A stretch of DNA of 64,000 nt from the IMG/VR virus record IMGVR_UViG_3300008885_000050. One strand, written 5' to 3'. Positions 1 to 9,635 of this stretch are shown piece after piece (positions within the stretch are counted from its first letter, which is position 1; every line of letters starts with the position of its first letter). This stretch comes from an uncultured virus (IMG/VR IMGVR_UViG_3300008885_000050). Its lineage: Duplodnaviria; Heunggongvirae; Uroviricota; Caudoviricetes. Position numbers and translations under genes: made by a program. The notes beneath the pieces were generated by a model that saw only the letters and a program-made list of their open reading frames with translations, was not told the origin of the DNA and made no database searches.

Positions 1-1032
1 TCATGTTCTGTCTTTGGCCTCGTTGAGCCGTCGAATCGTGTCCTTGATGGCCGCGCTGCGGTTCACATAGCGCCGTATGATCTTGTGAACATGGTCCTCT
101 TCCCACGCCATGATCTCCGCGATTACGCGTACATCGAGGCCGCCGATATAGAATTTGGTGACGGCGGTGCCGCGGAGGTCATGGAAGTGCAGATCGCGTC
201 CGGCAGGAGGCCAAGCCAGCTTCTTGGCGTCGGCAAACGAGCTCGATAGGCCGTCCCGCGTCCAAGGACGTTTCGTGCTGCTGGTCAAGATGACTGGCGA
301 TTTTCTCGGTATCTTTTTCAGGAGGTCGCGGAGATCGTCATAGAGCGGGATTATCGCTTCCCGCTTGTGGCGGCTCTTCCCTGTCGAAATGACGATGGCG
401 TCATCACCGACATGTGACCACGACAGTCTGATGAGGTCGCCCACCCGTAGCCCGGTATAGGCGGCGAGGTCGACGGCGATACCAACCTCCTTCGAGCATG
501 TCTTTTTCAGATGCGCAATATCGGAATCGGTCCAGATGATCTCGGATCGGTTGACCTTGTAGACCTGCTTGATCCCCTCGCATGGGTTCGAGCTCATCTC
601 GCCGAGAGGGTCGATTCCATAAGCGCAGATCCTGGAAAGCACCTGCATCCCGTAATCGGCCGCTCGGGGCCCGCGCTTCTCAGCGACCTCGGAACGCCAG
701 CGAGTGATATCCTTGCGGATCGCTGGACGTTCAAACAATTTCGTGCGGAGCTCGCCGAAGCGGGTAACGATCTGGTCGATCCATGGCCCCCAGTTCCGGC
801 GCGTGCTGTCGGCGAGGTCTCGATAATCTTTGCTACCACGGTAGCGGATGGCGATCGATTTGAACCGCTGCTTGTCGCCGACACCGCGCTCCGCCACAGC
901 TTCGCTGTAGAGCGCCAAGAACTTATCGGTGCCGGGCTCCGCGTCGATCCGCGGCCCGTTGCGCCAGGCGTACCAATAGATGCGCCCCTTTGAGACGACC
1001 TTGTAGAGACCTTTCATCTCAATCGTAGCCAT
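1..1032 (-). CDS. int: Tyrosine recombinase (phage integrase)
   Basis: Catalytic motifs TGLRVGDL, GKS, FHDLRGT, W in the H/W position, and RRY. Confidence 0.95.
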   Translation of the reverse strand: MATIEMKGLYKVVSKGRIYWYAWRNGPRIDAEPGTDKFLALYSEAVAERGVGDKQRFKSIAIRYRGSKDYRDLADSTRRNWGPWIDQIVTRFGELRTKLFERPAIRKDITRWRSEVAEKRGPRAADYGMQVLSRICAYGIDPLGEMSSNPCEGIKQVYKVNRSEIIWTDSDIAHLKKTCSKEVGIAVDLAAYTGLRVGDLIRLSWSHVGDDAIVISTGKSRHKREAIIPLYDDLRDLLKKIPRKSPVILTSSTKRPWTRDGLSSSFADAKKLAWPPAGRDLHFHDLRGTAVTKFYIGGLDVRVIAEIMAWEEDHVHKIIRRYVNRSAAIKDTIRRLNEAKDRT

Positions 1033-1216
1033 GCTTTTCTCGATACGCCTTCAGCTCGCGATCGAGATCATCATCATTGTCTGCGGGTTTCGTAAAGTGC
1101 CAGCGGTGGGTGCCGTCCGGGAGGACGTCCAATGCGGCTGGTTCCATGCCGGAGGCTTTCATCGCCTCGATAACGGTTTTCAGGTCGGCTACACGAATGG
1201 TTGGGCGCCGTGGCAT
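1019..1216 (-). CDS. Small protein, excisionase-like by position
   Basis: 65 aa directly upstream of and overlapping int. Confidence 0.55.
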   Translation of the reverse strand: MPRRPTIRVADLKTVIEAMKASGMEPAALDVLPDGTHRWHFTKPADNDDDLDRELKAYREKHGYD

Positions 1217-1686
1217 CAGACGTCGTAACCTTCAAGCCACAGCCGATAGGTCTTGTCGATCTCGCGGAAGTTGGCGGCCTTGGCCTCGTCATAGTCGAAG
1301 TCGACCCGGCTCTCGACGCCGCAGTGCGCTTTCAGCCATGCGGCGGCCTCATCAGCCGACACCATGCTGACGCCGTACCGCTTGTGAACAAAGACCCAGA
1401 AGCCCTTTTCGCCGCATATGATCCCGGCTTGCCGGGCGATCGGGCCGCCCTTGCGTGGTGGGTCGGCTGGCTCTGGCTTTTCCAACTCCTGCGGAGCCTC
1501 CGGCGTTTCGACCGATGGAGCGTCCGGGATGATTTCGCGAAGCTTCGGCGCAACGACATCGATGACGAGCTCGTCGGCCTCGATCCGGATGCGCCAGGCC
1601 TCGCAATCGCCGACGGCATCGCCGAGCAGCTGCTCGATCGCCTCGCGGATCGGCCAGGAATAGCGATGGACGAGCGTTGGGGTCAC
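1216..1686 (-). CDS. Hypothetical phage protein
   Basis: 156 aa, translationally coupled to both neighbours. Confidence 0.7.
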   Translation of the reverse strand: MTPTLVHRYSWPIREAIEQLLGDAVGDCEAWRIRIEADELVIDVVAPKLREIIPDAPSVETPEAPQELEKPEPADPPRKGGPIARQAGIICGEKGFWVFVHKRYGVSMVSADEAAAWLKAHCGVESRVDFDYDEAKAANFREIDKTYRLWLEGYDV

Positions 1687-2234
1687 AGCCCGACCTCCTC
1701 GAGGAACGTCTCAAGCCCGGCCGGCTTGTCGGGCGCCAGAAGCGGCGCTTTAATCTCGATATCCCAATGCCGGCTGAGCCGTTCAGAAACGCGGTCTCGG
1801 ATCGCCAGCATCCGAACGATCTTCAGTTCGTCAGAAGTGCGAGAGACGCGCCGATCCCATTTCCTGATTTCGCGCCAGTAGCCCCGATGCTCCTTCCGCG
1901 CCGCCTCCGGCAGCATCCGGAAGCATTTGCCGCAGATGATCTCCTGGTTTTCATGCTCGCGCTTGAACGTGCGCCGGCAGCGCGGATTGATGCAGCCTAC
2001 TCGGTCTGACACGCTACCCCCCCCCCCCCACGTCTGGGAATTGTCGGGCAGGCCGAACAGACTGTCGCCAGCCTCTTTCAGGGCGAACTCCCCGCTGGCT
2101 CGGATCTTGACCACGACGGCATCAGGCACATCCTGGAACGGTTCGTCGAACCACCACTGCCGGCGGCCGTCGACGATCTGCTGGTGCAGGCGCTCGCCGG
2201 CGCGGAGGCGGGAGAGAACGGCGTCCAGCTTCAT
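1683..2234 (-). CDS. Hypothetical protein; probably two genes joined across a G13 tract (C-terminal part has CINPRC...CGKC)
   Basis: WGGGGS linker is encoded by the homopolymer and followed by an internal GTG. Confidence 0.6.
   Translation of the reverse strand: MKLDAVLSRLRAGERLHQQIVDGRRQWWFDEPFQDVPDAVVVKIRASGEFALKEAGDSLFGLPDNSQTWGGGGSVSDRVGCINPRCRRTFKREHENQEIICGKCFRMLPEAARKEHRGYWREIRKWDRRVSRTSDELKIVRMLAIRDRVSERLSRHWDIEIKAPLLAPDKPAGLETFLEEVGL
2017..2029. repeat. C13/G13 homopolymer
   Basis: 13 consecutive C on the + strand. Confidence 0.95.
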
Positions 2235-2473
2235 GGTCGCACCGCACGCGCCAGATGTCCGGCATAGACGCTGACAGCTTTCCAGTATGCCGCCATCGGC
2301 GCCTTGTGGCGGCGCCAGCTGTCTTCGGCACGCTGCCGCGCGTCTAGCGACACTTCACGAAGAACATCCGCCAACGCAATCCGCTCTTCTGGCGATCGCC
2401 GGCAAAGGCGTTGCACCGAAGGGAGCGCCAACATCGGATTGCGGACTTCTGGTGATGACGAGCGGTCAGCCAC
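2231..2473 (-). CDS. Hypothetical phage protein
   Basis: GTG start overlapping the thyX stop; ends overlapping the next ATG. Confidence 0.6.
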   Translation of the reverse strand: MADRSSSPEVRNPMLALPSVQRLCRRSPEERIALADVLREVSLDARQRAEDSWRRHKAPMAAYWKAVSVYAGHLARAVRP

Positions 2474-3137
2474 GCCCTGCCTCCCATGCCCCGATGCACA
2501 CTGGCGCCACGGCGCGCGCGAGATCCCGCATCGCTTCCCCGTAAACGCGGATCTCGTATTGGGCATGCGGATCGAGCCGGAGATCGAGGAAGCCTAGCAG
2601 GTTGCGGAGATCGACCTTAGCGAACATGTGGCTGTAGGTTGCCACCGGCAGCACCGATCGGGCGAGCTCACGAGGAACACCGCGCGCCAGCAGGTCACGA
2701 TAGATGCCGAATGCCGCCTCACCGCAAAGCTTGATCATGCCGGCCGCGACGTGATCGGCCTTTCCGATATCGCGTGCCTGCTTGCTGCTCGTCGACTGGG
2801 TGCCGATCAGCGCCGGATCGGGCACATAGAATTCCTCCGGCAATTCCCGATACCGCGCCGACAGTTCGTTGAACGACCAGGTCCTGTGGCGATGCCACTG
2901 CCGGAAGACAAAGATCGGCGCCTTGACCTCGAACTGGAACTCGACGGCTTCGAACGGCGAGGTGTGCCGATTCTTCCACAGGTACCGGATCAGACGGGCA
3001 TCGCTGCCTTCGTCTTCGCCGGCGCGCCATGCGGCGTCATAGCTGACACGCGCGGCACGCGTGACCGATAGGTCCGATCCCATATGGTCGACGAGACGGA
3101 CGAAGCCGTGATCAAGGACATCAATTTTATTTTCCAT
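2466..3137 (-). CDS. thyX: Flavin-dependent thymidylate synthase
   Basis: RHRTWSFNELSARY ThyX motif, HTSPFE, RELARSVLP, HAQYEIR. Confidence 0.97.
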   Translation of the reverse strand: MENKIDVLDHGFVRLVDHMGSDLSVTRAARVSYDAAWRAGEDEGSDARLIRYLWKNRHTSPFEAVEFQFEVKAPIFVFRQWHRHRTWSFNELSARYRELPEEFYVPDPALIGTQSTSSKQARDIGKADHVAAGMIKLCGEAAFGIYRDLLARGVPRELARSVLPVATYSHMFAKVDLRNLLGFLDLRLDPHAQYEIRVYGEAMRDLARAVAPVCIGAWEAGRG

Positions 3138-3399
3138 TGGATTGCTCGCCCGCGATGTTGGAGTGGGTCATGGCGATGTCAGCGCCGCCGTCGGCACGCC
3201 GCTCGAGCTCGACGATCGCGCGCTTCAGATAGTTGGCCTGGTCGAGGGTTTCCTCGTAAGCGTGCTGAAGCCAGTCGCGGAGCTTGAGGTCGGTGCGATC
3301 AAGCGTCACCCCATACTTGGCGATACCAAGCTCGGAGCGGCGAAGGAGATCGTCGCGGACTGCGGCAACGATACTGTCGACTTTGACGGGCGCGGCCAT
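3127..3399 (-). CDS. All-alpha NTP-pyrophosphatase (MazG-like) small protein
   Basis: GIAKYG and WLQHAYEETLDQANYL (EExxD acidic motif). Confidence 0.55.
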   Translation of the reverse strand: MAAPVKVDSIVAAVRDDLLRRSELGIAKYGVTLDRTDLKLRDWLQHAYEETLDQANYLKRAIVELERRADGGADIAMTHSNIAGEQSNGK

Positions 3400-3917
3400 C
3401 AGAACGGAATCTCGTCGTCAAGTTCGCGGCTGGACTGTCGGTTACCACCGCCCTGCCCGCCACCGCCGAAGTCACTTTGCCGACTGCTGCCGCCGCCTCC
3501 GCTACTGCCCGATCGGCTGTAGCTGCTGCCGCCGCGATCGCCCTCTCGATCGCCGTCGCCGCCGTTCTTGCCGTCGAGCATCTGGAGCTCGCCCCGAAAC
3601 TTCTGCAGGACGATTTCCGTTGTGTAGCGGTCGGCTCCGGATTGATCCTGCCATTTCCGCGTCTGCAGCTGGCCCTCGACGTAGACCTTGGCGCCCTTCT
3701 TCAGGTATTGCTCCGCGACCTTGGCCAAGTTGTCGTTGAAAATGACGACGTTATGCCATTCCGTCTTTTCCTTGCGCTCGCCTGAATTCTTGTCACGCCA
3801 GGACTCCGACGTAGCGATGCGGATGTTGACGACCGGATCGCCGGAGTTCAGTCGCCGGATCTCGGGATCGGCGCCCAAATTGCCGATCAAAAGGACCTTA
3901 TTCAAGCTGCCGGCCAT
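3399..3917 (-). CDS. ssb: Single-stranded DNA-binding protein
   Basis: [29 protein letters not shown], Gly-rich tail ending DDEIPF; start moved to the ATG at 3917. Confidence 0.98.
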   Translation of the reverse strand: MAGSLNKVLLIGNLGADPEIRRLNSGDPVVNIRIATSESWRDKNSGERKEKTEWHNVVIFNDNLAKVAEQYLKKGAKVYVEGQLQTRKWQDQSGADRYTTEIVLQKFRGELQMLDGKNGGDGDREGDRGGSSYSRSGSSGGGGSSRQSDFGGGGQGGGNRQSSRELDDEIPF

Positions 3918-3918
3918 C

Positions 3919-4482
3919 TCATTTATCCTTCCGTTGTGTCCAGTGTTGTTCAGATGGCGTGGCCCACCGGCAGTTGCCCGGCAGGTAGTTGCCATCATTG
4001 TCGGGGTGGCGGTCGATCGAATGAGCCGCACTTGGGCGGGCACCCATATCAGCAAGAAAACACTCAAAGCCTGAGAGATCGCCTTCGCCCTGCAGCCAGC
4101 GGTCACAGACCGTGATGCCGCGCCCGCCATATCGGTCATAGCTCTTGTGGCGCGGCGAGAGGCACCGCTCCTTCATCGACTTCCAGGTGCGATACTCGGC
4201 GCTCGGCCTGACTTTGCCGCCGCTACTAGATGCGCCATGCACTCTATTGATCGCGCCGAGCTTCTTCGCGAGTTCGATTTTGTGGCATCCGCAGGACACG
4301 ACTTGTCCCTGCTTGAGGTGCTCGCCGCGCGCAACGCAATCGACGCCGCAATCGCATTTGCAGCGGTAATAATATTTGGTTCGAACCTTGCGGTCGACGG
4401 CAATGACCTCCAATCGACCAAATCGATTGCCGCTTAGGTCAACAAAGCGTCCGCCTCTGACGTTTGTGGCCCGGTCCATCAC
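3919..4482 (-). CDS. HNH homing endonuclease
   Basis: [37 protein letters not shown]...[14 protein letters not shown]. Confidence 0.9.
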   Translation of the reverse strand: MMDRATNVRGGRFVDLSGNRFGRLEVIAVDRKVRTKYYYRCKCDCGVDCVARGEHLKQGQVVSCGCHKIELAKKLGAINRVHGASSSGGKVRPSAEYRTWKSMKERCLSPRHKSYDRYGGRGITVCDRWLQGEGDLSGFECFLADMGARPSAAHSIDRHPDNDGNYLPGNCRWATPSEQHWTQRKDK

Positions 4483-5606
4483 ATCACCACCGTGATTTTC
4501 TCGGCCGCGCGCGTGAGGCCGGTGTAAAGCCAGCGAGCGCGGTCAGATTGGAAATTGGGGCTTTCATCGAAAAGGCAGACGGTCTCCCACTGGGAGCCTT
4601 GGGCCTTGTGGACGGTCAGCGCGTAGCCGTAGTCGAACTGCTGGGTGCCGTTGAGCTCCCGCCATGGGATCTCGTTGCCGGCGCCTTCGAAGAATTCCTT
4701 CCGGACCTTGATCTCGACCGGCTCCGTCGCTTCAAAGTCTAGCGAGGCGACATGCATCCTGATGCAATGGTCATTGAGATGACCTTTCCGACGCTTCAGC
4801 AGCTCGACGACGCTCCAGAGACCGCCATTGAAGATGCCCTTGTTGCGGTCATTCTTCAGACAGACAAGCTGATCACCAGGCTCCGGCAAGATGCTGGCGC
4901 GCCCCAGGATCTCGCGCATCCGGGTGTTATATCCCGATCGCGTCTTGTTGAGGCCGACAAGGACCTGGCCTGCCTTCATGACGTGGTCGGGCGTCAGGAA
5001 TGAGCGCTTGATGACCTCGCTGGCGCCGTAGACCCCATATTCGAGCCGGCCGCCTTCGCGGATTGTTGTCGCCATCCTGATGATCGGATTCTCGGCGGCC
5101 TGCCGATGAATGTCGGTCAGCATGATGTCTGGGTCTGCATTGGTGAAGAAGCCGCCACCCTTGACCGGCGGTAACTGTGCAGGGTCGCCCAGGACGAGGA
5201 CCGGCACGCCGAACGACAGCAGGTCCTTGCCGATCTCCTCATCGACCATGGAGCATTCGTCGACGACGAACAGCGCGGTATCGGCCAGATCGTCGACATC
5301 CTTGACCACGAACTTCTTGACGCCGGTTTCGTGGTTGAAGTCGACGTCATAGATGGTGGCGTGGATCGTCATGGCGCCGCGGCAACCATTCTTGCGCATC
5401 ACCATCGCGGCCTTGCCGGTGTACGCCATATAGCGGACGGCGCCCTTGAGGCCGTCGGCGAAGTGGCGCGCCAGCGTCGTCTTACCGGTGCCGGCATATC
5501 CGAACACGCGGAAGACTTGGCGACGGGCGAGACCGCTGCCGTACCAGGCCGCGACTGCTTTCAACGCGCCATCCTGCTGCGGCGACCAGATCGGGGCATC
5601 CGTCAT
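4479..5606 (-). CDS. SF1B (RecD/Dda-like) helicase
   Basis: [48 protein letters not shown]. Confidence 0.93.
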   Translation of the reverse strand: MTDAPIWSPQQDGALKAVAAWYGSGLARRQVFRVFGYAGTGKTTLARHFADGLKGAVRYMAYTGKAAMVMRKNGCRGAMTIHATIYDVDFNHETGVKKFVVKDVDDLADTALFVVDECSMVDEEIGKDLLSFGVPVLVLGDPAQLPPVKGGGFFTNADPDIMLTDIHRQAAENPIIRMATTIREGGRLEYGVYGASEVIKRSFLTPDHVMKAGQVLVGLNKTRSGYNTRMREILGRASILPEPGDQLVCLKNDRNKGIFNGGLWSVVELLKRRKGHLNDHCIRMHVASLDFEATEPVEIKVRKEFFEGAGNEIPWRELNGTQQFDYGYALTVHKAQGSQWETVCLFDESPNFQSDRARWLYTGLTRAAEKITVVM

Positions 5607-5755
5607 ATCCGGCCGACCTCCCGCTTCGTCGCCTTCTCGATCAGAATGAGAACCGGCGCTTTGACGTTTCCGCGCGCGGTGTTGACGCAGCGAAGCTCGA
5701 AGCCCTTCTTGCGAAGGCTGGCGCTGATCGTGGCGAAGCGCTTGTCATCGGCCAT
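5603..5755 (-). CDS. 50-aa basic protein (not in ORF track)
   Basis: MADDKRFATISASLRKKGFELRC...VGRI; GGAGGG RBS upstream; ATGA overlap with the helicase. Confidence 0.65.
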   Translation of the reverse strand: MADDKRFATISASLRKKGFELRCVNTARGNVKAPVLILIEKATKREVGRI

Positions 5756-5972
5756 TGTGCCCGCCTTCCGGCCTGCGGCGGAGCTGGAAGCCCATACCGG
5801 CTTCAGACCGGATCGGCGCGCCAGCGGCGCGCAGCTGGCGGATGTAGCGATAGATTGTCCGCTCGCTGACCTTGACGTGCGCGGCCAGCTTGTCGGCGGT
5901 GGTGACCTCGTGGTCAGCGAGCGCGGCGAGAACCTCGCCTTTCTTGGCTTCGCGGAGGCCGGCCATCACCAT
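5745..5972 (-). CDS. Stand-alone winged HTH (HTH_11, like the YafY/WYL-regulator N-domain)
   Basis: TADKLAAHVKVSERTIYRYIRQLRAAGAPIRSEAGMGFQL. Confidence 0.8.
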   Translation of the reverse strand: MVMAGLREAKKGEVLAALADHEVTTADKLAAHVKVSERTIYRYIRQLRAAGAPIRSEAGMGFQLRRRPEGGHNGR

Positions 5973-6358
5973 GGCCTCCCGTCATCGTCGACTTCGTCCA
6001 GTGCCGACACGTCCTCCGCCGCGTCGCCATCATATCGATCGGGTGGCGCGATGTATCGCTGAGCGGGGACATACGGCCGGTTGATCCGCATGACGCTGGC
6101 TTCGTCGGTGAGCGTGAAGCTGAAAAGTGAGGCACCGCCGTACCAGTGTGTCGTCCAGGACTCGACGCCGCCGACCTCAGTCGGCTGGCCTTCAGACTTG
6201 ATCAGGGCGATCGTCGGTACATCGATGCGAAGCATCTTGGCGCCGAAGCGCTCCTCCTCCCGGGCGCGGCCGGCGTGCTTGCGATGGCCGAAGATCTCGA
6301 CGATCGCCCACTCGAAGCCATCCTCGGCTGGCGCGGTTGTTTCTGCTGCGGTTTCCAT
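5966..6358 (-). CDS. Conserved hypothetical phage protein
   Basis: WAIVEIFGH...FGAKMLRIDVP pattern; coupled to neighbours. Confidence 0.75.
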   Translation of the reverse strand: METAAETTAPAEDGFEWAIVEIFGHRKHAGRAREEERFGAKMLRIDVPTIALIKSEGQPTEVGGVESWTTHWYGGASLFSFTLTDEASVMRINRPYVPAQRYIAPPDRYDGDAAEDVSALDEVDDDGRPW

Positions 6359-6519
6359 CAGAACGCCTCCTTGAAGCCTCTGACGACCGCGCCGGCAAAA
6401 TGCCCGATGGATGCCGGGTCCTGTGCGATCTGAAAGACGACGTAGGCCGCGAGTATGAGGAGCGCGATCTGAAAGATCGCGAACAAGAACACGAGAAATC
6501 TCATTGCGATAACCATCAT
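6358..6519 (-). CDS. Small membrane protein
   Basis: Hydrophobic FLVFLFAIFQIALLILAAYVVF; ATGA overlap with the exonuclease stop. Confidence 0.6.
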   Translation of the reverse strand: MMVIAMRFLVFLFAIFQIALLILAAYVVFQIAQDPASIGHFAGAVVRGFKEAF

Positions 6520-7301
6520 AACCTCATGTCTTTGCGCCAGGCGTCGGGGTCGACGACTTCCGTCGCCGGCAGGGCGGCCTGTTGCGGTTGGTGATTGCTG
6601 GTGCGCTTCACCCATTCCAGGCGAGCGGTGTGGATGACGTCCGCCTTATCGGGGTCGTTCCGCATGTCCGACTTGTGCAAGATCCAGTCGAGGTAATCGG
6701 TAGGGAGATCAGCGAACGAAGTGCCGACGTGCTTGCCAAATGGCATCTTCAGCAGGCGGAGAGGGTTGGCCGAGATGTCGACCATGGTCTCGACAGCGAG
6801 CACGCGCAGCAGGTCCAGTAGAATGTGCGCGGTCGTCCAGCTGTCGGGGCCGGCACGGTGCACCGGCTCCATTTGCTTGGCACCACCGCCGAGGCCGAGC
6901 GCGTACCAGATGGCACCGTTCTTGTGGGACTCGAGGTCGGGGTAGACCTCCTTCGCACATTTGAACGTGCAGATTCCTGGCTTGCCGCTTTTCAGCAGCG
7001 GCGCGTCGTAGGCCAGATTGTGGCAGGCAATGAAATCGGCACCGGCCCCGATCAGAGCGCGAGCCTCGTCGGGTGCCATGCCCGTCGCCAGTTCCTCGTC
7101 GGTGATGTGATGCGCAGCGCGCGCGCCGGGCGTGACCGGCATGCCCGGGTTGACCAGGCGGGCATGCGGGCCGCTTTCGATCGCCCAGCCGGTCGGAAAC
7201 AGGCGGACGTCGGTCCAGCCGATCTCGGCGAGTTCTTTCGGATCGGTGAGCCCGGTCGTTTCGGTGTCGACAACGCGAATGAGGGTGAAGGGGTCAGCCA
7301 T
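6516..7301 (-). CDS. DEDDh 3'-5' exonuclease (ExoX-like)
   Basis: VVDTETTG, ACHNLAYD, HRAGPD; C-terminal MPFGKH...YLDW domain. Confidence 0.9.
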   Translation of the reverse strand: MADPFTLIRVVDTETTGLTDPKELAEIGWTDVRLFPTGWAIESGPHARLVNPGMPVTPGARAAHHITDEELATGMAPDEARALIGAGADFIACHNLAYDAPLLKSGKPGICTFKCAKEVYPDLESHKNGAIWYALGLGGGAKQMEPVHRAGPDSWTTAHILLDLLRVLAVETMVDISANPLRLLKMPFGKHVGTSFADLPTDYLDWILHKSDMRNDPDKADVIHTARLEWVKRTSNHQPQQAALPATEVVDPDAWRKDMRL

Positions 7302-7668
7302 CGACCTTGACCCCGATGCTTTCGGCCGATCGTTCGGGCGTGGGAGCCTTCGCGTTCGCCTTCTCGATCGCCGCGCTTAGGCCGGGATGTGAAAGGACGT
7401 CCTTGTAGCTGACGAACTCCATCCGGTACCCTTCTGGGTAATGTTCGCGGAATGTCTCGTGGCGATCCGGACGCGAGCCCTCGATGATACCGAGATCGCC
7501 CGGCATATAAACCTCGTGCGAACAGACGTGGCCGCCAAGTCCGGTACCATCCTCAGCGAGAAGGACGGCGCTAAACCAGCCCGGAGAGCCGCCATTGTTG
7601 AACCCGTAGATGACGGGCAGCATGTCGACGGCCCCGCCATGGGGGTTGAACACTGCGTTCGTGGTCAT
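7294..7668 (-). CDS. Hypothetical phage protein
   Basis: 124 aa, coupled in operon. Confidence 0.7.
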   Translation of the reverse strand: MTTNAVFNPHGGAVDMLPVIYGFNNGGSPGWFSAVLLAEDGTGLGGHVCSHEVYMPGDLGIIEGSRPDRHETFREHYPEGYRMEFVSYKDVLSHPGLSAAIEKANAKAPTPERSAESIGVKVDG

Positions 7669-7988
7669 TCTCGATCTCTCCGTTGTTCGATCCGGCTGGC
7701 AAAGCCGATTACGGCAGTGGCCAGCGCACGCAGTGAATGACTATCGGTCACGGTGTGGGGATCGCCCTCGACGACGAGGCGCGCGATCTCATGGGCGCCA
7801 GCGAAGCTGAGCGGCGCCACGATGGCGCGGCCGTCGGCGGCGACGAGCATGACGTCGCCTGCCTTGAATGTGGCTTCGATTGGACCTGACTTCGCCGGCA
7901 GCAGCATCACGCCGGGCTTGGTGACGGATACAACCTTCCGGCCGTTGGAGAACACGGCGACATCCGCGGCGTGGACTTCGAGCGTCAT
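7665..7988 (-). CDS. Hypothetical phage protein
   Basis: Likely start MTLEVHAAD at 7988 with ATGA overlap. Confidence 0.65.
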   Translation of the reverse strand: MTLEVHAADVAVFSNGRKVVSVTKPGVMLLPAKSGPIEATFKAGDVMLVAADGRAIVAPLSFAGAHEIARLVVEGDPHTVTDSHSLRALATAVIGFASRIEQRRDRE

Positions 7989-8098
7989 GCCAGCCACCCG
8001 CAGATATAGAACAGGCCGACCATTGGCAGGATGGTGAGCCAAGCAATGACGAACAAGATCATGCCGAGCGTGAAGGCTACGACGAGGAACCTGGTCAT
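7985..8098 (-). CDS. 37-aa membrane peptide (not in ORF track)
   Basis: MTRFLVVAFTLGMILFVIAWLTILPMVGLFYICGWLA; GGAGGG RBS; ATGA overlaps at both ends. Confidence 0.65.
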   Translation of the reverse strand: MTRFLVVAFTLGMILFVIAWLTILPMVGLFYICGWLA

Positions 8099-8391
8099 GC
8101 CGCCACCCTCCGGCGTTCGGACGGCTGCATGCGGCCATCATGACCGTCGCCGCCCTCGCCTTCGTAGTGCTGGCGGTTCGTCGAATCCGCAGCCTGCCCG
8201 AACACGCCGGCGTCGTCACCGCGCCGATCGATGCCGAATATGCTGGCGATCGCGCGGCGCGCGCTCTGCAGGAGCGCGAGTTGGTTCTGCAGCTCGTCGA
8301 TCTGAGGATCGAGCACGTTCCTGACGAACTCGATCGAAGCTGCCTCCGTTTTCGGCGGAAGGACGAGGCCGAAGCGCTGGACGTGGTCCAT
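8095..8391 (-). CDS. Hypothetical protein
   Basis: GGAGGAGG RBS, 98 aa. Confidence 0.65.
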   Translation of the reverse strand: MDHVQRFGLVLPPKTEAASIEFVRNVLDPQIDELQNQLALLQSARRAIASIFGIDRRGDDAGVFGQAADSTNRQHYEGEGGDGHDGRMQPSERRRVAA

Positions 8392-8394
8392 GGC

Positions 8395-9600
8395 CTATTC
8401 CTCCTCCTCGACCGAACCCGGCTCCAACCCTTCGGCGTCCTCCTCGGCGGCGAAGCCATCAAGCCACGCCTGCCGTTCGGCCTCCCTGCCCTCGGCCTTG
8501 AAGTCGACCGGAACGGCCTTCTTGCTCATGTTGCGACGGTAGGCGGCGCGCCCCATGCGGGTTGCCTTCGCGATAGGATCGCCGTCGTCCGGCTGGGTTT
8601 GGGGGGACTTGCCGGACGACGGCTTCTGCCCGGTAGCAGCCTGGGGGGCGGCCTGCTTGCCGGAGGCATCGGAACCGGCAGGAGAAGGACCGGTTTCCGA
8701 TTTCTGAATTTCCTCTTCTGCCGGTTTGTCACCGGCGGTGGATGGTTGGTCTTTCGCCTCTGCCAGCTTTTCCAACTTGCCCTTCAGATCGGCGGGCTGT
8801 TCGGCTTTCGGCTTGGCGATCGGGAACATTTCCTCGACGGTGGCTTCACCGCTGCGCAGCGCTTGGTGCATGCCAACGAGAGTCGTGTATTCATCGAGGC
8901 CGATGTCATCGAGGCCTTTGATTTCGAGCACCGCGAAGATCCGCTCCGGAGAGACGCCGAACGCCGCAAAGGCTTTCATGGCGTCTTCGCGCTTCTGCAC
9001 CATCGTGGTGACGTCACCGACAATGACGCGCTCGACTTCGCCGTACGCCTTGCGCCAGACCGCCTTGGGAACCCCGGCCAGGATGGCGTTGCGCTTCGCG
9101 ATGGAGGCCGCCGCATTGCCGGTCACGATGATCATGTCGTCGTTGTAGAGCCTGCCTTTGCTGTCCACGATGCGCCGGCGCACGCGCGAGGTCGTCGCCG
9201 AGTTCGTCTCGAGGTCGTGGAAGACGCCTTCGGCCTCGACGTACTTCTCGATTCTGTCGACATGCACGACACGCGTTCCGACGCGATTGTTGCCCCAACT
9301 ATTTTGGATGATTTCGGCGAGCCGGATCGACGGTCCCTTGATCGCTTTGCCGCCGCGCGGAAGCGCGTAGACGCATTCCTTCGCGGTTTCCTCGTCGAGC
9401 GTCGCAAGCGTCAGGATATTCTTGACGGCGAGATCGACGCTGCGCGGATAGGCGTGTGCCGTCGTGATCTGCTGGTCGACCTCGGCCATGGCGATCGAGA
9501 CCGCTAGGCTTTGGTTGCCGCTCTGATAGCCGACAGGCAACCCGGCCATCACTTCCCCTGTTTCCGGATCGACGGTCTCGGTCTTGGCAACGGTGTTCAT
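8395..9600 (-). CDS. Putative recombination/ssDNA-annealing partner of YqaJ with an RMF-like C-terminal motif
   Basis: Directly downstream of YqaJ; AGGAG RBS; globular N-domain, low-complexity linker, C-terminal G..A...P...RQAWLDGF. Confidence 0.6.
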   Translation of the reverse strand: MNTVAKTETVDPETGEVMAGLPVGYQSGNQSLAVSIAMAEVDQQITTAHAYPRSVDLAVKNILTLATLDEETAKECVYALPRGGKAIKGPSIRLAEIIQNSWGNNRVGTRVVHVDRIEKYVEAEGVFHDLETNSATTSRVRRRIVDSKGRLYNDDMIIVTGNAAASIAKRNAILAGVPKAVWRKAYGEVERVIVGDVTTMVQKREDAMKAFAAFGVSPERIFAVLEIKGLDDIGLDEYTTLVGMHQALRSGEATVEEMFPIAKPKAEQPADLKGKLEKLAEAKDQPSTAGDKPAEEEIQKSETGPSPAGSDASGKQAAPQAATGQKPSSGKSPQTQPDDGDPIAKATRMGRAAYRRNMSKKAVPVDFKAEGREAERQAWLDGFAAEEDAEGLEPGSVEEEE

Positions 9601-9635
9601 CTGGAAAATTCTCCTATTCGTGGTTGGCGCGCCGA

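Noticed and set aside
3399..4139. Extended N-termini given by the ORF track (SSB, YqaJ, portal, protease, PAPS reductase and others)
   Set aside because: Extensions overlap upstream genes; downstream starts have RBSs or coupling and match family N-termini
8140..9507. Long antisense ORFs (also 9624..10772, 23358..24680, 27177..28559, 37247..38905)
   Set aside because: Mirror frames of well-supported genes, typical of high-GC DNA
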